Shown here: positions 57,815 to 64,000 of the stretch, piece after piece
Numbering within the stretch: position 1 is the first letter of the stretch
Layout of the letters: the number at the start of each line of letters is the position of its first letter
Assembly: GCA_002269645.1 (NCBI GenBank)
Contig: NIVC01000056.1
Location: 558,001 to 622,000, forward strand
DNA from: Macrostomum lignano
Taxonomy: Eukaryota
Reading direction: 5' to 3'
DNA: 64,000 bases
Made by a program: the position numbers and the translations under genes
The notes under the pieces: model-generated
The model's input: the letters and a program-made list of their open reading frames with translations, nothing else
Databases searched by the model: none
Told to the model about the DNA's origin: nothing

Positions 57815-58702
57815 ATTCCATTCCACACCCTGAGATTTCCATTCCACACCCTGAGATTTCCATTCCACACCCTGAGATTTCCATTCCACACCCTGAGATT
57901 TCCATTCCACACCCTGAGATTTCCATTCCACACCCTGAGATTTCCATTCCACACCCTGAGATTTCCATTCCAAACCCTGAGATTTCCATTCCACACCATG
58001 AGATTTCCATTTTACACCCTGAGATTTCCATTCCACACCCTGAGATTTCCATTCCACACCCTGAGATTTCCATTCCACACCCTGAGATTTCCATTCCACA
58101 CCCTGAGATTTCCATTCCACACCCTGAGATTTCCATTCCACACCCTGAGATTTCCATTCCACACCCTGAGATTTCCATTCCACACCCTGAGATTTCCATT
58201 CCAAACCCTGAGATTTCCATTCCACACCCTGAGATTTCCATTTTACACCCTGAGATTTCCATTCCACACCCTGAGATTTCCATTCCACACCCTGAGATTT
58301 CCATTCCACACCCTGAGATTTCCATTCCACACCCTGAGATTTCCATTCCACACCCTGAGATTTCCATTCCACACCCTGAGATTTCCATTCCACACCCTGA
58401 GATTTCCATTCCACACCCTGAGATTTCCATTCCACACCCTGAGATTTCCATTCCACACCCTGAGATTTCCATTCCACACCCTGAGATTTCCATTCCACAC
58501 CCTGAGATTTCCATTCCACACCCTGAGATTTCCATTCCACACCCTGAGATTTCCATTCCACACCCTGAGATTTCCATTCCACACCCTGAGATTTCCATTC
58601 CACACCCTGAGATTTCCATTCCACACCCTGAGATTTCCATTCCACACCCTGAGATTTCCATTCCACACCCTGAGATTTCCATTCCACACCCTGAGATTTC
58701 CA
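57815..58702 (+). repeat. Minisatellite, 21-nt unit TTCCATTCCACACCCTGAGAT, about 42 copies
   Basis: Direct tandem repeat. Confidence 0.97.
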
Positions 58703-58954
58703 GTCTGTAGCTAATTAAGCAGAGTTTCGGTTCAGCTATTACTTAAGCTTTTGTTAATCAATTTCGTAAGAAAAACGCAGCATAACCGGCATACTCTACT
58801 GCAGCTAGTAGCCGAACATGCAACCGTAGTACACACTTACAAGTGTCACATGACAATTGGCTAATTTAAATCAAATTACTCGTATCATAATATTAGAACT
58901 TGCTGTCTAAATTATTTTAGAAATACAGGTAAACAGATAAGTAAACAGATATCA

Positions 58955-59215
58955 AAAGACAGGTGATGTGTTTACAAAGATCTACCAAAAGGCAGGTGAT
59001 GTGGTTACAAAGATCTAATTTGAGACAGGTGATGTGGTTACAAAGATCTACCAAAGGACAGGTGATGTGGTTACAAAGATCTACCAAAGGACAGGTGATG
59101 TGGTTACAAAGATCCAATTTGAGACAGGTGATGTGGTTACAAAGATCTACCAAAGGACAGGTGATGTGGTTACAAAGATCCACCAAAAGGCAGGTGATGT
59201 GGTTGCAGAGATCCA
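58955..59215 (+). repeat. Minisatellite family B, 33-nt unit, locus 2
   Basis: ACAGGTGATGTGGTTACAAAGATCTACCAAAGG. Confidence 0.9.
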
Positions 59216-59632
59216 TCAGTGAGCATCACTACAGGACAGGTAAATCAATTCCATATTAATCATTAATAGTTGAAGTTCCCAAGCGGAGTTGCTAGTCGGT
59301 GTTCACTGTCAGGCCCAAGCGGTTGCCAGTTCGCCAGCAAGAGCCGCCCGGAAACGCGGTCATGCGTTCGTCCCCAGCAGTGCAATGCCTCAAATGCAGA
59401 CTTGTTCAATGGAAAGCTGAAAGGCAAAGCGGGCTGAGGGGTATCGCAGTGCGCACAAACAGTGCAGGCAGGCAGGCAGGCATGGAACTGAATTCCGCAG
59501 CCAGAATAAAGCACAGACAGCAGTGGGCTGCTTACTTATTATTTTATTTAGTTAGTTGAAAATGCCGTTATTCAATGAAGGAGAACCGAAGCCAGAGTAC
59601 CGCGCTACTGGAGACATGCAGAAACACAAAAG

Positions 59633-59745
<113 letters not shown>

Positions 59746-59954
59746 GACGAACAGAAAGAAGCAAGGCAAAAGCAACTTGTAGCAATAGGTTGGTAAAAAG
59801 AAGCAGATACCGTAGTTTGCAATATATTACACTACTACAAAAATGCTGATTCTAAAATAGCGAATAGAGTTTTTACGTTATCTGCTTTTGTCTGAGCCTC
59901 TTTAAATGTTAATGGAGCAGTTCTCCGATGGCTAAGCACCCCTCCGGGTTCCCT

Positions 59955-60420
59955 GTCGCCACCACTCACAACACCCAGTTGGCTTGGCATTCCTCACAAC
60001 ACCCAGTTGGCTTGTCATTCCTCACAACACCCAGTTGGCTTGGCATTCCTCACAACACCCAGTTGGCTTGTCATTCCTCACAACACCCAGTTGGCTTGGC
60101 ATTCCTCACAACACCCAGTTGGCTTGGCGCCCCTCACAACACCCAGTTGACTTGGCGCCCCTCACAACACCCAGTTGGCTTGGCGCCACTCACAACACCC
60201 AGTTGGCGCCACTCACAACACCCAGTTGGCTTGGCGCCACTCACAACACCCAGTTGGCGCCCCTCACAACACCCAGTTGGCTTGGCGCCACTCACAACAC
60301 CCAGTTGGCGCCACTCACAACACCCAGTTGGCTTGGCGCCACTCACAACAGCCAGTTGGCGCCCCTCACAACACCCAGTTGGCTTGGCACCACTCACAAC
60401 AGCCAGTTGGCGCCACTCAC
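59955..60420 (+). repeat. Minisatellite CACAACACCCAGTTGG(CTTGG)CGCCACT, 28- and 23-nt units alternating (51-nt higher-order period)
   Basis: Direct tandem repeat. Confidence 0.9.
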
Positions 60421-61477
60421 GGCGCCTTCTGAGCAGGCATTCTCCATTCCGCAGGCGCCATTCACCTCCTTGTCCCAAGCGTGCAGCTCATCAGAGCATC
60501 AAAGTGTAATTCTTATCCACCTTATCGTGTTATGACGGCAGCTTGTAAATTCTGCAGTTCTACAAGGTGCCCCGCTGTTTTAGGCTTGTAAAAAGTAAGA
60601 CACCATTATGGTAGCAGATGCTACTGTAGACAGAAACGCATCATTTCAGCTTCTGTTGCAGCTGCCGAGTTTCCAAGCTCAAATTCTTTTCTGCTTCATC
60701 TCTGCATTTTCATTTTCCATCACTGCCTCCCTCTTGCTTGCACTGCACCCTGCCGCGCCAGGCAATTTCTTAGCAAACAGGGCGCCTCTTTCTCTCAAGA
60801 CAAGTTTACTGAACACAAACAAACTGTGGTTGGTTCTGCCTGTCTGTCTGCCTCATTGTGTGCGCTCTGCGTGTTTATGAAGCCCAGGCCCTCCGGCTCT
60901 GTGCGCCTGGCACGCACCAGCACAATTGCCAATTATTCTGGCTCTTTGCTCTGCCACTCCGACTCTCGAGTGACTCAGAATCTCCACACACGCGCACACA
61001 GCTCCATCTCATATTTTTTATTATAGAAAGAATATTGTCCATCCATCACCGAGTTCGACCCACCCTTGAGCACACGCCCGCTCGCTCAGTGAGTTCTCGA
61101 CTCTCTTAGCAGAGAGGGTCGAGCCAGCCCCCCCCGAGCTCTGCCAGTTGCTAACCAAAACTTTCTGAGTAGTTTTGACAGAGCCAAGGTGAGGAAGGCC
61201 TGGACACAATAGGACTGGGACAGGCAGTCCATATTGCCGTCCGTCTCAGCCTCGGGCTCAAAAGATAAGGACCGAAGCCTCATAGCCTTAAAAAATAAGA
61301 AGAGACAGAGAAAGCAGCAATAAAAGAAGATTTCAAGCGCTTTTTTTGTCTGCTCGACTTGCTTTTGCTTTCAGCAGCAGCCGAGGCATCTTGCTGGCTA
61401 AACATGGAAAACTGCCTGCCCGCGCTTCTGTAGCCACTTCGCATTTTAGTTTCTTTGAAATTCCACTTTTTTCTGCA

Positions 61478-64000
<2,523 letters not shown>

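Overview
Eukaryotic (animal) genomic DNA: GC-rich spliced coding exons sit in a matrix in which roughly half the bases are micro- and minisatellites. There is no prokaryotic or CRISPR content. The architecture suggests the flatworm Macrostomum lignano or a relative (inference, not verified). Seven genes can be assembled by hand from GT-AG junctions. On the + strand: PPIL4 (last exon), DDX28, a TRERF1/MIDEAS-like C2H2-SANT gene (sequence disrupted), spastin, PRKX and a short Notch-like gene that runs off the window. On the - strand: a D2-like dopamine receptor. Mobile elements are a 5'-truncated RNase H-encoding LINE with a 42-bp flanking duplication, three copies of a tRNA-derived CORE-type SINE and two copies of a second SINE family. 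Most notable: nearly every intron carries its own private minisatellite; two minisatellite families recur at distant loci without shared flanks; there is an 11-mer array of CAG|GTAAG composite splice sites; retroelements have inserted into the first units of minisatellite arrays; DDX28 may lack its own start codon for the transit peptide; and the Notch-like gene has only 7 EGF repeats before an LNR-like module.
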